A stretch of DNA of 64,000 bases from a virus. This document shows positions 35,416 through 45,679 of the stretch, piece after piece. The notes beneath the pieces were generated by a model, which saw only the letters and a program-made list of their open reading frames with translations, had not been told where the DNA came from and searched no databases. Each line of letters starts with the position of its first letter. Positions within the stretch are counted from its first letter, which is position 1. A program made the translations under genes and the position numbers. The stretch spans positions 10,017 to 74,016 of IMG/VR virus record IMGVR_UViG_2974606986_000001; one strand, 5' to 3'.

Positions 35416-36983
35416 ACATCCGCGAACTGCTAATCCGCATCGGCGTATCAACCGGAACCACCGGAGCCGAACTGGACAAGGTCGACAGCAAAGTCCAGAA
35501 GGTAAAAAACAGCTTTGAAATGCTGAATGGCGCGCTGGGCATCCTTGCCGCCGGTGCGTCGCTGCGGTCCATCATTTCCATCGGCGATGAAATGCAGAAC
35601 CTGCAATCCCGGATCGGCAATGCCACCGGCGACATGGCGGGCGCTGCTGCCCAGATGGACGTTCTGTCAAAGCATGCTGACGATGGGCGCGTCGCCGTCG
35701 ATAACTATATCGGCTCATGGGCGAAGATGATGTCCGGCGTTAAGCAGTTCGGCGGGACCGCTGACGACACCACCAAATTCATGGACACCCTGTCGGCGGC
35801 GTTTGTGTCGAACGGTACTGACACCCAGACCGCAAACGCCGCCCTGTTCCAGCTGTCGCAGACTATGCAGGGCGGCCAGGTTCAGGGTGAAGAGATGAAC
35901 AGCCTGATCGATGCGCAGGGTGAGCTATACCATGATCTGGCGGTAGAAATTGGCGGGACAGTTACTAAATATAAAAAGATGCAGGCCGCTGGTAAGGTCA
36001 CTTCGGAAATGCTGCTGAAGGCCGTCAATAAGTTTTACGACAAGTATCAGGGCCGCGTCGAAAAGATGCCGATGACGGTCGCCCAAGCATGGACCAAAAT
36101 CACCAACCAATGGAAGATGGGCATCGCCCATATGAACCAGGCGTCGCCGGTTATCACTGACATTGCAAACCTAATCGTCATGCTGGGTGATAAGGGGTCT
36201 GCCGCGCTCGCGTGGCTGGTGGATGCTTTAGGCGGTACGCAGTCAGCCATCAACGATCTGAAGTGGCAGATCGGCGGCCTGGTCGCAATCTTCGCCGGTG
36301 CCAAACTTATTTCCCTGCTAACGAACCCTTTCACTTATGTGATCATCGCCATCATGGCCGCGATTGCCGTGGTTCAGGATTTGACCGCCTGGATCCGGGG
36401 TGATACGAAAACCGCTTTCGGTGAATTATTCGGCAGTTTTGACCAGTTCAAACCTAAGCTGGATGCCGCAGCTAAAGCCATTACTGACTTTAAAGACAAT
36501 AGCATCCGAGAATTGCGCGAATTAAAAGAAATGCTGGACAGTATCGCAAATGCATTTAACGCGATCATTGATTCGCCAAATACAATCCGCCGCGCGCTGG
36601 GGCTGTCTGAAACTAAAGGCTTTGGCGAGGGTGGCGGGACGGCTGGCGACGGTGCGCGCGAAAGCATCCCCGGCCAGGCTTACACTCAGCTGTTTGGCTG
36701 GCTTGATAACCAGATCGGCAAGGCCGCGAACTGGATGAACAACACCGATACCCCGCGCGCAATAGGCCCCCGCACCATGGGTCGTGATGCGCTGGGCGTA
36801 CCGACTGAAGGTGGTGTGAACATGCAGAACAGCGGCAACGTTACCAACCACATCACAGTGATCGCACAGCCGGGACAGTCACCAGAAGATATTGGCAATG
36901 CGGTAGCCGGTAAGGTTTCGCGCCCTGTATTGCCTGGCACATTTAACCCGGCATCACTGATGAATAATGCAGGTGCTAAATAA
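35412..36983 (+). CDS. Tape measure protein
   Basis: NIRELLIRIG start, ALFQLSQTMQGGQVQGEEMNSLIDA tape-measure motif, 523 aa. Confidence 0.9.
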   Translation: MNIRELLIRIGVSTGTTGAELDKVDSKVQKVKNSFEMLNGALGILAAGASLRSIISIGDEMQNLQSRIGNATGDMAGAAAQMDVLSKHADDGRVAVDNYIGSWAKMMSGVKQFGGTADDTTKFMDTLSAAFVSNGTDTQTANAALFQLSQTMQGGQVQGEEMNSLIDAQGELYHDLAVEIGGTVTKYKKMQAAGKVTSEMLLKAVNKFYDKYQGRVEKMPMTVAQAWTKITNQWKMGIAHMNQASPVITDIANLIVMLGDKGSAALAWLVDALGGTQSAINDLKWQIGGLVAIFAGAKLISLLTNPFTYVIIAIMAAIAVVQDLTAWIRGDTKTAFGELFGSFDQFKPKLDAAAKAITDFKDNSIRELRELKEMLDSIANAFNAIIDSPNTIRRALGLSETKGFGEGGGTAGDGARESIPGQAYTQLFGWLDNQIGKAANWMNNTDTPRAIGPRTMGRDALGVPTEGGVNMQNSGNVTNHITVIAQPGQSPEDIGNAVAGKVSRPVLPGTFNPASLMNNAGAK

Positions 36984-37669
36984 TGGCTATCCCAAATCTT
37001 GTGGGCTTCATCTGGAATGGTGCTTCAGACCGCACGTTTTCAGTTCAGGCCCCCGGCATGCAGTCACTTGAAATCGATGCGTTACTAAGCGAAGTGCCCA
37101 GCTTCAAAAAAAACGTGACGCAATACGAAGTGGAAGAAGGCAAGCCGGTGACAGACAGCGTGCGCAAGATGCCGATCACCCTGTCGCTGGAATGCTTCGT
37201 ATCAAACAGCCCGATCCGCTCGCTGCTGGACACCGCAGCATCATTCGCTGATGGCCTTCTGGGTGGCGGACAGCGCAATCAGGAAATTTATAATCTCCTG
37301 TTGCAGCTGTATGAGTATGACGACGAAATCACGGTTTACACCCGTTACAAGACGTTTGAACACATGGTGATTACCGACATCACCCCCGCGCGAAAACCAG
37401 AAGATGGTGATGCCCTGATTTTCACAATGGAACTTCAGGAGATCAGGAAGGCGATCAGCAGCACAACCGAAGTTCCGAAAGGAATGGGCGTGAAGCCGGA
37501 CACCGGGAAATCATCAGCGACTGATAAAGCGACTGCCCAGCGCGCTGGCGTGACCAAAAATGCCGGGCAGAATACCGGCGTTGCTGGTGCTGCCGGTAGT
37601 GATTCGCCGACCCTGCTCTATCAGGTTACGCAGGGCATCAAAGACTTCAAAATCCCAGGGTGGAACTGA
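36983..37669 (+). CDS. Baseplate / tail tube initiator protein
   Basis: DALLSE...VTQYEVEEG..VTDSVR..P..LSLECFVSN; synteny. Confidence 0.75.
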   Translation: MAIPNLVGFIWNGASDRTFSVQAPGMQSLEIDALLSEVPSFKKNVTQYEVEEGKPVTDSVRKMPITLSLECFVSNSPIRSLLDTAASFADGLLGGGQRNQEIYNLLLQLYEYDDEITVYTRYKTFEHMVITDITPARKPEDGDALIFTMELQEIRKAISSTTEVPKGMGVKPDTGKSSATDKATAQRAGVTKNAGQNTGVAGAAGSDSPTLLYQVTQGIKDFKIPGWN

Positions 37670-38004
37670 TGATTATTATCCGACCATTAAAGGGTGAAAC
37701 AGACCAGTGGATTGATGAAACCTTCGGCGCAACGCCGGTATCGCTGCGGATTAAATGGAACGAGCGTTTCCAGTTTTTCACCGTGTCGATTTATGACCGC
37801 CAGCGCGCACCGTTAATCGAAGGCATTAAACTGTCTCGCGACTATCCGCTGATCCATACCTACCAGTTGCCGGGCATCGATGGCGAACTGTATTGCTATC
37901 GGTCATATGGCGATAAAGAAAAACCCGCGTTCGATTCATTCCCGGATGAATTCTTCCTGGTGTACATCGATGCGGATGATATCGCCCTGCTGGGGAGTAT
38001 GTAG
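37669..38004 (+). CDS. Baseplate protein
   Basis: SLRIKWNER..FFTVSIYD motif; synteny. Confidence 0.75.
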   Translation: MIIIRPLKGETDQWIDETFGATPVSLRIKWNERFQFFTVSIYDRQRAPLIEGIKLSRDYPLIHTYQLPGIDGELYCYRSYGDKEKPAFDSFPDEFFLVYIDADDIALLGSM

Positions 38005-38006
38005 CC

Positions 38007-38945
38007 ATGCCAATGTTTGGTCGTCAGGTCGAAGTGATTATCGGCTTACCCGGCAGCGAAGGCGTAAAGCTGACTGAAGCCTTTCATATCTCTGGCCGCT
38101 TTACGCGGACGGGTGGCAGCAGCGCCAACAAAGGTGAAGTGACCATCACTGGTCTGAAGGATGACACAGTCAGGAAGATGCAGACGCCGGGGGCGGTCGT
38201 CGTCTTCAAGGCTGGTTACTCACAGGACCACGGGCCGGTCACGTTCTTTGCAGGGACGATAACCCGCATTGAACCCACGCGAGACGGCACGGATGATAAC
38301 GTCGTTATTGAAGTGATGGATAGCGTGATCCCGCTACGCGACGCGAAGATCTCCGGCAGCTTCCCGCCGAACACATCAGCTCTGAAAATCCTGGATTATG
38401 TTGCAGGGCAGTTCGGGCTGCCGGTGCGGAAAAACCTGAAGATTGCAGATCGGCAGATGGTGCGGGCGTTTGCCTATAACGGCAGGGCGCGCAACGCCAT
38501 GAATGAGATCTGTCAGTTCCTGGGGCTGGAATGGTCAGCCCAGGGTAACGAAATCCAGATCATCAAAAAGGGCGACGTTTATTCGGATGTCGCCGTCGTG
38601 CTGTCTCATGGAACCGGGCTGCTCGGATCGCCGAAGCCAAAATCCAAAAACATGATAGAAAAAGGCGCGGCGAAAAAAGGCATCAAATACGGTCAGGACG
38701 GCGTGATCCGCTTCACCAAAACTGACCCATCAGCAAAAATCAAAGACCGCCAGATGTTGCAGGTGCAGGGCTATTCAGTCGAAAGCCTGATGAACCCGAT
38801 GATCTATCCGGGCGCGCTGGTGCAGCTGTATTCACGCGGCGTCGATGGTAAATTTTTCCGCGTCGAAGCATGCGAATATGAAATCGACACCCATTCAGGG
38901 AATTTCCTTGTTCGGGCAGAACTCCGCGCGGTGGATGGTAAATAA
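38007..38945 (+). CDS. Baseplate hub protein
   Basis: SANKGEVTITGL...FKAGY...GLLGSP...SLMNPMIYPG motifs. Confidence 0.8.
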   Translation: MPMFGRQVEVIIGLPGSEGVKLTEAFHISGRFTRTGGSSANKGEVTITGLKDDTVRKMQTPGAVVVFKAGYSQDHGPVTFFAGTITRIEPTRDGTDDNVVIEVMDSVIPLRDAKISGSFPPNTSALKILDYVAGQFGLPVRKNLKIADRQMVRAFAYNGRARNAMNEICQFLGLEWSAQGNEIQIIKKGDVYSDVAVVLSHGTGLLGSPKPKSKNMIEKGAAKKGIKYGQDGVIRFTKTDPSAKIKDRQMLQVQGYSVESLMNPMIYPGALVQLYSRGVDGKFFRVEACEYEIDTHSGNFLVRAELRAVDGK

Positions 38946-39628
38946 TGGCTGACGAAAATTTAGACCCAGAAGACGCGCTGACGCATTTCATAAACAGCCA
39001 TCTGGCCGATCATATTAACACCGCGCTGGAATGCGTTGTCGTGTCATATGCGAATGGCCGGGCCACTGTGAAGCCTATCGGCACGAAGAATTACACCGAC
39101 GGTGACAGCAACGGCTTTCCGCAGCTCCACAGCCTTCCGGTTCACTGGCCGCAGGGTGACGGCGGTTCCTGCGGATTCAAGGTCCCGATTAAGGCTGGCG
39201 ACAAATGCCTGGCCGTGTTCAGCCAGCAACCGCAGGATGAAGGCGACACCGAAAACGTGCGCCGGTTCAGCATGGCCGACGGCTATGTCATTCCCGGTGT
39301 TTCATACGATGATTCGCACGCCGGAAACGACAGCGTGAAGATGTACTATGGCGACGCTTTCATCGAAATCACGAAAGACGGAAAAATCAATTTCAATGCG
39401 CCGGGCGGGACGAACTTCAAAACGCCGCTGGCAACCTTCAGTGAAAAAGTAACCGTGACCGGGTTGTTTGCTTTCAACGGCGGCGCAACCGGCCAGGGTG
39501 GATCTGGAACCACCATCACGATTAAAGGGCGCATCGTCACTGATGCCGCGACGATTAATGGCAAAGACTTTATCTCGCACTTCCACACCAACAGTGGCGG
39601 CAGCGGTAACGGGGGGCCTGTAGGCTGA
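38945..39628 (+). CDS. Baseplate central spike (Gp138/gpV-like)
   Basis: INTALECVVVSY, PIKAGDKCLAVFSQ, RRFSMADG, C-terminal HFHT metal-binding tip. Confidence 0.85.
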   Translation: MADENLDPEDALTHFINSHLADHINTALECVVVSYANGRATVKPIGTKNYTDGDSNGFPQLHSLPVHWPQGDGGSCGFKVPIKAGDKCLAVFSQQPQDEGDTENVRRFSMADGYVIPGVSYDDSHAGNDSVKMYYGDAFIEITKDGKINFNAPGGTNFKTPLATFSEKVTVTGLFAFNGGATGQGGSGTTITIKGRIVTDAATINGKDFISHFHTNSGGSGNGGPVG

Positions 39629-39990
39629 TGGCTGACTTAATGGATTTCCGCATCGATGGCGGGAAAATCATATTCGATAAGAATGGCGATATTGAATATG
39701 TGATGGGTGCCGAACGCGTGCGCCAGCAAATAGAATTCAGGCTGTCACTCTGGCGCGGGACATGGTTCCTGGATGGCAACTTCGGGACACCATACCTACA
39801 ACGTATTTTGGGCAAATCATTATCACTGGATGGCGTGATCGCAGCGTTCCGCACCGAAATTATGCAGGTTGAAGGCGTGACCACGATCACCCGGTTCGAC
39901 TATTCATTCGACCGCCGCAGACGCGCGCTTTCCATTGATCTGGAATGCTCCACCGATTACGGCATCGTTAAATATAAGCAGGCGGCTTAA
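39628..39990 (+). CDS. Baseplate wedge / sheath initiator (gp25-like)
   Basis: RQQIEFRLSLWRGTWFLDGNFGTPY motif. Confidence 0.85.
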   Translation: MADLMDFRIDGGKIIFDKNGDIEYVMGAERVRQQIEFRLSLWRGTWFLDGNFGTPYLQRILGKSLSLDGVIAAFRTEIMQVEGVTTITRFDYSFDRRRRALSIDLECSTDYGIVKYKQAA

Positions 39991-39992
39991 TA

Positions 39993-41426
39993 ATGGCTCA
40001 AACAGTGCTCACCGCGTCCGGGTTTAACCGCCCGACGCTTGCCGAAGTGATGAAGCGTATCGGCGATAATCTATCCATCATCATTGGCCCGGTTAACCGT
40101 GACCCGGATTCCGGCACGGGCCAGCTGATCGGGACATTTGCCGAAGCGCTGGGCGTCAACTTTGAGACAGCCGAAAAAGTGTTCCTGTCCCGCTTCGTCT
40201 CTTCTGCTGAAGGATCGGCGCTGGATGCCATCGGCGAATGGATGGGGATGTCGCGCCTGGGTAAAACTAAAACCCGCGTGAATGCGATCCTTTATGGCAC
40301 GAACGGCACCACCGTTCCGGCAGGCTCGACGGCTACCTACAATAACCACCTTTTCGGCCTGTCTGCTGATGTCGTGATTTCAAACTCAAACACCAACGAC
40401 ATCACCATCCGATTTTCAGCCACAACGGCAAATGCTGGCGTTCGTATCGGCGGGATCCCCTACACCACGCCAGGCGCGAACAAACAGCCCTTTGAAATCG
40501 CGACTGCTGTCGCTGCTCTGGTCAATGCGGCTGGCACGGCAAACGGTGCCACCAACTTCACCGCCGCCGCTGATGGTGCAAACATTCGAATTCGTTCGCC
40601 AAACGTCAGCCAGGGCATCGTCGTTTCACCTGAAGGCGCTGGCGCAGCGATTGTTACTGTCGGCTCTCCGGGGCTTTTCACAGCACTGGAAGACGGCCCC
40701 ATAGTTGTTCCGGCCAACCTGCTGACGACGCCAGTGTCCGCCATTATCGGATGGACAGGGCTTAACAACCCGACAGCGGGCGCGACTGGTTCCGACCGCG
40801 AAAGCGACACAGCGTTCCGTAACCGACTGACCCTGACCCAGGGTTCCGGCAACGGCAAAGCAACGCCGGATGCGATCAAGGCTGCCATGCTTCAGATCCC
40901 CAGCGTGACGTCAGCAACTGTCATCGTAAATAACACCCTCACACCTAACTCTGAAGGCCAGCCGGGGAAATCTTACATGGTGGTTGTCAGTGGCGGGCTG
41001 GCCCAGGATATCGTTCAGAAAATATGGGACGTGGGCGGGGCAGGAATCGAAACCTATGGCACCCAGCAGGCGACCGCAGTCGATAGCAGCGGTAACCCTC
41101 ACGTAATCCGTTACAGCACGGTACAGGGCCAATCAGTTGACGTTCAGGTCGTGGTCGACGCGCTGTCTACTGAAGAAGTTGTCTCTACCGGTCTGAAACA
41201 GCTTATTCAGGGTGCCGTCAGTAACTACTTTGCCACCCTGGGTCTGGGTGATGATGTGGTGCCACAAAGAATTTTTGGTTACATCTACAGTGCGACCAAT
41301 GGCGTGATCCACATGACGATTAAAGCGGGTCCGGCTGGTGGCGCGATGACCGATGGCGCTACACCGATTGATGCTGACCGTGTGGCGACACCAAACACCA
41401 TCACCGTGACTGGTTCGGGGGTCTGA
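39993..41426 (+). CDS. Baseplate J-like protein
   Basis: AEGSALDAIG, GSDRESDTAFRNR, DIVQKIWD..GAGIETYG motifs. Confidence 0.9.
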   Translation: MAQTVLTASGFNRPTLAEVMKRIGDNLSIIIGPVNRDPDSGTGQLIGTFAEALGVNFETAEKVFLSRFVSSAEGSALDAIGEWMGMSRLGKTKTRVNAILYGTNGTTVPAGSTATYNNHLFGLSADVVISNSNTNDITIRFSATTANAGVRIGGIPYTTPGANKQPFEIATAVAALVNAAGTANGATNFTAAADGANIRIRSPNVSQGIVVSPEGAGAAIVTVGSPGLFTALEDGPIVVPANLLTTPVSAIIGWTGLNNPTAGATGSDRESDTAFRNRLTLTQGSGNGKATPDAIKAAMLQIPSVTSATVIVNNTLTPNSEGQPGKSYMVVVSGGLAQDIVQKIWDVGGAGIETYGTQQATAVDSSGNPHVIRYSTVQGQSVDVQVVVDALSTEEVVSTGLKQLIQGAVSNYFATLGLGDDVVPQRIFGYIYSATNGVIHMTIKAGPAGGAMTDGATPIDADRVATPNTITVTGSGV

Positions 41427-42157
41427 TGGCTACTTCAGATTGGGTCGATTTCAATTATGTTGAGCGGGCAAAGTCCCGCCCGACTACATACCTGAAGGAA
41501 GATTTACAGCCTGCCGAAGTGTTCGCCGCGTTTATCGAACCCCTTCAGATGCTGGAAGAGGTTTTCAGGATCCTTTATGACTCGCTGTCCATCAACACGG
41601 CATCCGGGATCATGCTGGATGCGTTCGGCGAAATGGTGAACGAACCACGGCTGGCCCGCGATGATACGACATATCGCGCCGCTATCCTGGCGAAGCGTTT
41701 CACGGCTGGTGGCAGCGGTACGCATGAAGAAGTGATGGCGGCTATCGCTGGGCTGACTAATGGAAAAGTGCGGCTGATAGACCACTTCCCGGCGTCATTC
41801 GTCGCAATCATCAACGGTGATTCCATCCCGCAAAACCTGCCGCTTCGCATGCATCAGAACACGGTCGCAGGCGTCGCCGGTTATCCAGTTTTTGATTATG
41901 GCGCTGGTGGCTTCGAGCTATCCGGTATCGGCGGTGCCGCCACCAACGTTCTGGGCATCCACCCGGACAATGACACTGCCGTCGGCATTCACCCGGACGC
42001 TGACACAGTTATGGGCGTGAACGCTTCTATTCAGGCGCTGGGCGGGACAAAATTAGCCAGCTCGCTGGAATCTCAGGCGACCAACACGAAAGACTATGGC
42101 AGCGCTGCCGCCGGTGCTTTTTTTTACGGGGCTTATGAGGCATACAGGCAACCATGA
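41426..42157 (+). CDS. Baseplate wedge protein (DUF2612/gpI-like)
   Basis: INTASGIMLDAFGEMVNEPR..RDDTTYRAAILAK motif. Confidence 0.8.
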   Translation: MATSDWVDFNYVERAKSRPTTYLKEDLQPAEVFAAFIEPLQMLEEVFRILYDSLSINTASGIMLDAFGEMVNEPRLARDDTTYRAAILAKRFTAGGSGTHEEVMAAIAGLTNGKVRLIDHFPASFVAIINGDSIPQNLPLRMHQNTVAGVAGYPVFDYGAGGFELSGIGGAATNVLGIHPDNDTAVGIHPDADTVMGVNASIQALGGTKLASSLESQATNTKDYGSAAAGAFFYGAYEAYRQP

Positions 42158-43842
42158 CAGACTTTGCTAAAAAGCCAGTGGCTTTCGATGACAAACAGTC
42201 ATCAGTTTTAAAATGCCCTGAAGAAATTTATGCGCGCGGGTTCTTCCCGCCGATCCAGTTACCTGATGGTCGCGTCATTAAAGGCGACGTGTTGCCATCA
42301 GGCTGGTTCAACGATCTGATGTCGCGCGCCATGCAATCGAACATCAACGAATTGCCCGTGGCCGCCGTGCCAAGTAGCTTTGGCTGGAATGAAGCGGCAA
42401 GCGGCGTTACTGATTGGTTTGCGATCCACGTCGGCCCCATATCGATTGAAATCGGCTCGATCAGGGAAACGACAAATAGTTCGCCCACGTTAGTTCCGAA
42501 AACCCCTTTCATCGGGAACCCGCAAGTTTACTTAACCGACATTTCAGACCCTACTGTCGCAAACGGTAAAATGGTCGGGTGGACTGGTGTCGGCGGGACG
42601 CTGCCACAAAAACCCCTGGCATTTTGCAGCCTGAACAGAGCGGAAGGCTTTGTCGCTCCGGGAACGTTTTATTACATTCTGGTGGGCGAACGTGCGGTCA
42701 CCGGTCAGACGCCGGGCGGAAAACCGTTCTGTAGTGAACCGCAAACCTTCCTTGATGGGCAGACCAGCTTTTCAGCGCCGACCAATGACCAGGTCTCATT
42801 CGGATTCGTGCCGCCAGTGATGGACACTACCGGACTACGTGAAGCCGATACCCTGCCCGCGAACGTGCTGAATTATCTTTTCCATGAACTGACCGCGAAC
42901 ATCGGTTCAGTCTATTGGGAAATGAAAAACGATGGCGGAAATTCAGGGCTGAAGCACTACCGGATCATTCTGGGCGATATGATGATCCAGTCATTCGGTA
43001 CTGCCATCCCCGCCGGTGGCAATGGCGGAACAGATAGCGTAACAATTAGCTATGCCTGGCCGTTTAAAACAAACTGCGCCGCAGCTGAAATGATGGCGAT
43101 TGGTGGCGTGCAGAATACCGGCGTTCCCAGCTATGCGATGGCTAACTGTATCAGCTATCAGAATATGCAGGTGGCAAACCGCCAGGTGAACGTCGCTAAC
43201 TCTGCGAAAAGCGTTGCCGGGACCATGGCTTTTTTATGCTTCGGTCCTGCACCTGACAATCTGGCCCGGCCAAAATCGAAAGTCCCAGGGATCGATGGTT
43301 TCGCCATGCAGGATAAAACCTATGTGGACGGCCAGCCAAACAAAGTTAAACCGGCAGCCGACCGCATGGCCGCAGGCTTTTTCCCGTCTCGCAAGATGAA
43401 CGGCGGCGCGGTTGAACATGGCGATTTTGTCACGGCCAATGAAATTAACTGGCTGTTCAATGACGCCTATAAGCTGAAGGCGAACACGAAGATCGCAACC
43501 GGCACTATTGCCGCTGACGCCGCAAAAAAAATAGCTGGTGGTCACTGGATTACTATCGGCGACCTGCTGATCGAGTGGTTCCAGGTTTCAGGGACAACTG
43601 CGGCAGACTGGCCCTCTAACGTTCGCCAGCAGTTATTCGCCATGCCGTTCAGGCCTGGTTCATCACCCTGCGTCTGGCTGCGGGATACCAGCGCAGCTGA
43701 AACCGGATATGTGATGGCCGGGACGATTGGCGAAGCGTTCCTAACGAACGAATGGGCGCGCTTTACCGGCATTCAGATAAACACAGGGAACCAGGCATGG
43801 CCGGGTAATTTCTGCGTGTTGGCGATTGGCCGAAAACCATAA
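42154..43842 (+). CDS. Tail fibre built from three tandem anchor + gp53-like modules
   Basis: Motif F..Y.DGQ..P..GF.P..G....N.L(F)N occurs three times, each followed by a small beta-sandwich ending in (Y/F)..lG. Confidence 0.7.
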   Translation: MTDFAKKPVAFDDKQSSVLKCPEEIYARGFFPPIQLPDGRVIKGDVLPSGWFNDLMSRAMQSNINELPVAAVPSSFGWNEAASGVTDWFAIHVGPISIEIGSIRETTNSSPTLVPKTPFIGNPQVYLTDISDPTVANGKMVGWTGVGGTLPQKPLAFCSLNRAEGFVAPGTFYYILVGERAVTGQTPGGKPFCSEPQTFLDGQTSFSAPTNDQVSFGFVPPVMDTTGLREADTLPANVLNYLFHELTANIGSVYWEMKNDGGNSGLKHYRIILGDMMIQSFGTAIPAGGNGGTDSVTISYAWPFKTNCAAAEMMAIGGVQNTGVPSYAMANCISYQNMQVANRQVNVANSAKSVAGTMAFLCFGPAPDNLARPKSKVPGIDGFAMQDKTYVDGQPNKVKPAADRMAAGFFPSRKMNGGAVEHGDFVTANEINWLFNDAYKLKANTKIATGTIAADAAKKIAGGHWITIGDLLIEWFQVSGTTAADWPSNVRQQLFAMPFRPGSSPCVWLRDTSAAETGYVMAGTIGEAFLTNEWARFTGIQINTGNQAWPGNFCVLAIGRKP

Positions 43843-43857
43843 TGAGGACTGAATAAA

Positions 43858-44643
43858 ATGGCTGTGAATATTGCCGCAATTAAGTATATCCCCGACCTGC
43901 CCGCCGTTTCCGCGCTGGCTGGTGCCGACCTGTTGCACGTCTCGCAGGGCAACACCGATAAACAGGCCACCATGACCCAGCTGGCCCGCTTCATCAATGA
44001 CGCTGCGCACCCTATCGGCCAGCTGATGTTCTTCGGCGTTAAAGGCAAAGACCCTAATACCCTTTTCCCCGGCCAGTCATGGACCCGTTACAACGCCGGG
44101 CGAAGCCTTCGTGTGTGTCTGGATAATGAATCGAACCTGGGGCAGAACGTCGGCGCAGATCAGATCTCACTGAACACGTCGCAGATGCCATCCCATAGCC
44201 ACGGCGCGCAGGGTCTGGTGATTCAGGATAACGGCAACCACCAACACAACGCCACGACGTCATGGGTCGGAGATCACGCCCACTCAGCATGGACCGATGC
44301 GCAGGGTAGCCATCAGCACATCGTGGGCCTTCGCAGCCCAAATAACCATGATGGCGCTGGCAGTATTTTTGGGACCAGCGGCGGCGGTGGTTATAACGGT
44401 GCGGCGGCATATGGTAAGGGTAATAACGGTATTGACCTGTACCCGCTAACGAACGTGGCGGGAAACCACGGCCACAACGTCGGCATCGGCGGCGCTGGCG
44501 GTCATAATCACACCCTGACGACGGAATGGGCGGGGCAACACTCACACGGAATTATTGGTCAGGTGCTGGCTAATGGTAGTGGTGCGGCAATCACCATCGT
44601 TCCAAATACCGTTCATGTAGCGTGCTGGATAAGGAATTCGTAA
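43858..44643 (+). CDS. Short tail fibre / tail collar protein with HxH repeats
   Basis: HPIGQLMF..DPNTLFPGQSW, QMPSHSH and six further HxH motifs, NTVHVACWIR C-terminus. Confidence 0.8.
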   Translation: MAVNIAAIKYIPDLPAVSALAGADLLHVSQGNTDKQATMTQLARFINDAAHPIGQLMFFGVKGKDPNTLFPGQSWTRYNAGRSLRVCLDNESNLGQNVGADQISLNTSQMPSHSHGAQGLVIQDNGNHQHNATTSWVGDHAHSAWTDAQGSHQHIVGLRSPNNHDGAGSIFGTSGGGGYNGAAAYGKGNNGIDLYPLTNVAGNHGHNVGIGGAGGHNHTLTTEWAGQHSHGIIGQVLANGSGAAITIVPNTVHVACWIRNS

Positions 44644-45167
44644 TGTTAAAAATGAGAGTCAGTGACAACGGCCTGCGGTTTACCGCAGCGTGGGAAGACT
44701 TCCGATCTGCCCCATACTTCGCGACTGAAGCCGAACGCAAACGCGGGATTTATACCTGGGGTTTCGGTCACACTTCAACCCGGCCACCGGGCCGCAGCAT
44801 CACCCGTGAAGAAGGCTATGCGCTGCTGCGTGAAGATCTGGCGAAGGCTGAAGCGTCCGTGAATAAGTGGGCGCATTCGTCCATTAATCAGGCTCAGTTT
44901 GACGCGCTGGTCGACCATGTAATCAACAACGGCGACGGCTCAATCGTTGCTGACAGTGTCGCAGGCGACTTCGACGACATGGTCCGCTTCGGGCAGTGGG
45001 ATAAAGTGCGCGTGCATCTGCTGGACTTCCGCAACCAGCGCCAGCCGGATGGGTCATTGAAACGGATGCTGGGCCTGGTTCGCCGCACCACCGGGCGTCA
45101 GGCGCTGTTCGATGGTAAGCAGTGGGACGTTGCTGAAAAAATTGGCCGGGCTGTCAGCTCAGTATAA
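44643..45167 (+). CDS. Endolysin, GH24 lysozyme
   Basis: WEDFRSAPY...YTWGFGHT, INQAQFDALV, GLVRR motifs; no SAR domain. Confidence 0.85.
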   Translation: MLKMRVSDNGLRFTAAWEDFRSAPYFATEAERKRGIYTWGFGHTSTRPPGRSITREEGYALLREDLAKAEASVNKWAHSSINQAQFDALVDHVINNGDGSIVADSVAGDFDDMVRFGQWDKVRVHLLDFRNQRQPDGSLKRMLGLVRRTTGRQALFDGKQWDVAEKIGRAVSSV

Positions 45168-45173
45168 AAAACC

Positions 45174-45200
45174 AAGGTGGCCGTGTGGCCACCTTTTTTT
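45174..45200 (+). terminator. Rho-independent terminator ending the late operon
   Basis: AAGGTGGCC-GTGT-GGCCACCTT-TTTTT. Confidence 0.85.
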
Positions 45201-45229
45201 GTTCTGCGGATCGCTATGGCGCCGCAGTG

Positions 45230-45643
45230 TTATTCAGCATCTTCCGCTGGTTTTGCTTCGCGCGACTCTTCAGCAACTTTATCGAAAATGCCTTCTACCG
45301 GCTTGCCGTCTTCCCCTACTACCAGCCAGCGCAAACCACCTTTCACAGGCTGCGAAACGATAGTCCATTCAGGCTTGATCTGTTTAAGGATGCCCATCGC
45401 ACATTGAAGCGCGCCCGCCTGCTGGATCAGGCTTTCAGTCAGGAACGCAAAACTGGTGCGAAGGTTATCAACCTGGGTATGCAGGATCTGAATCTGTTCA
45501 CGCTGCGTGAATGCTTCGAACGGCTTTTCTTTCTGGTTCAACACATCGCGGTGTTCCTGCGGGATGTCAGCTTCAGCGCCAGCGCCCAGAATGGTGTTCG
45601 GGTGCTGAATGTCGGTGGTGCTCTGGTGCTCTTTATCGCTCAT
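45230..45643 (-). CDS. Hypothetical protein
   Basis: 137-aa ORF with GAGA RBS. Confidence 0.65.
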   Translation of the reverse strand: MSDKEHQSTTDIQHPNTILGAGAEADIPQEHRDVLNQKEKPFEAFTQREQIQILHTQVDNLRTSFAFLTESLIQQAGALQCAMGILKQIKPEWTIVSQPVKGGLRWLVVGEDGKPVEGIFDKVAEESREAKPAEDAE

Positions 45644-45679
45644 TGTCTTCTCTCAATGGGTTAGTGTGACGTCATACTA

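Noticed and set aside
42154-44643. Tail-fibre switching by inversion or a diversity-generating retroelement
   Set aside because: No invertase, reverse transcriptase, inverted crossover sites or near-identical TR/VR pair; modules are similar only at protein level
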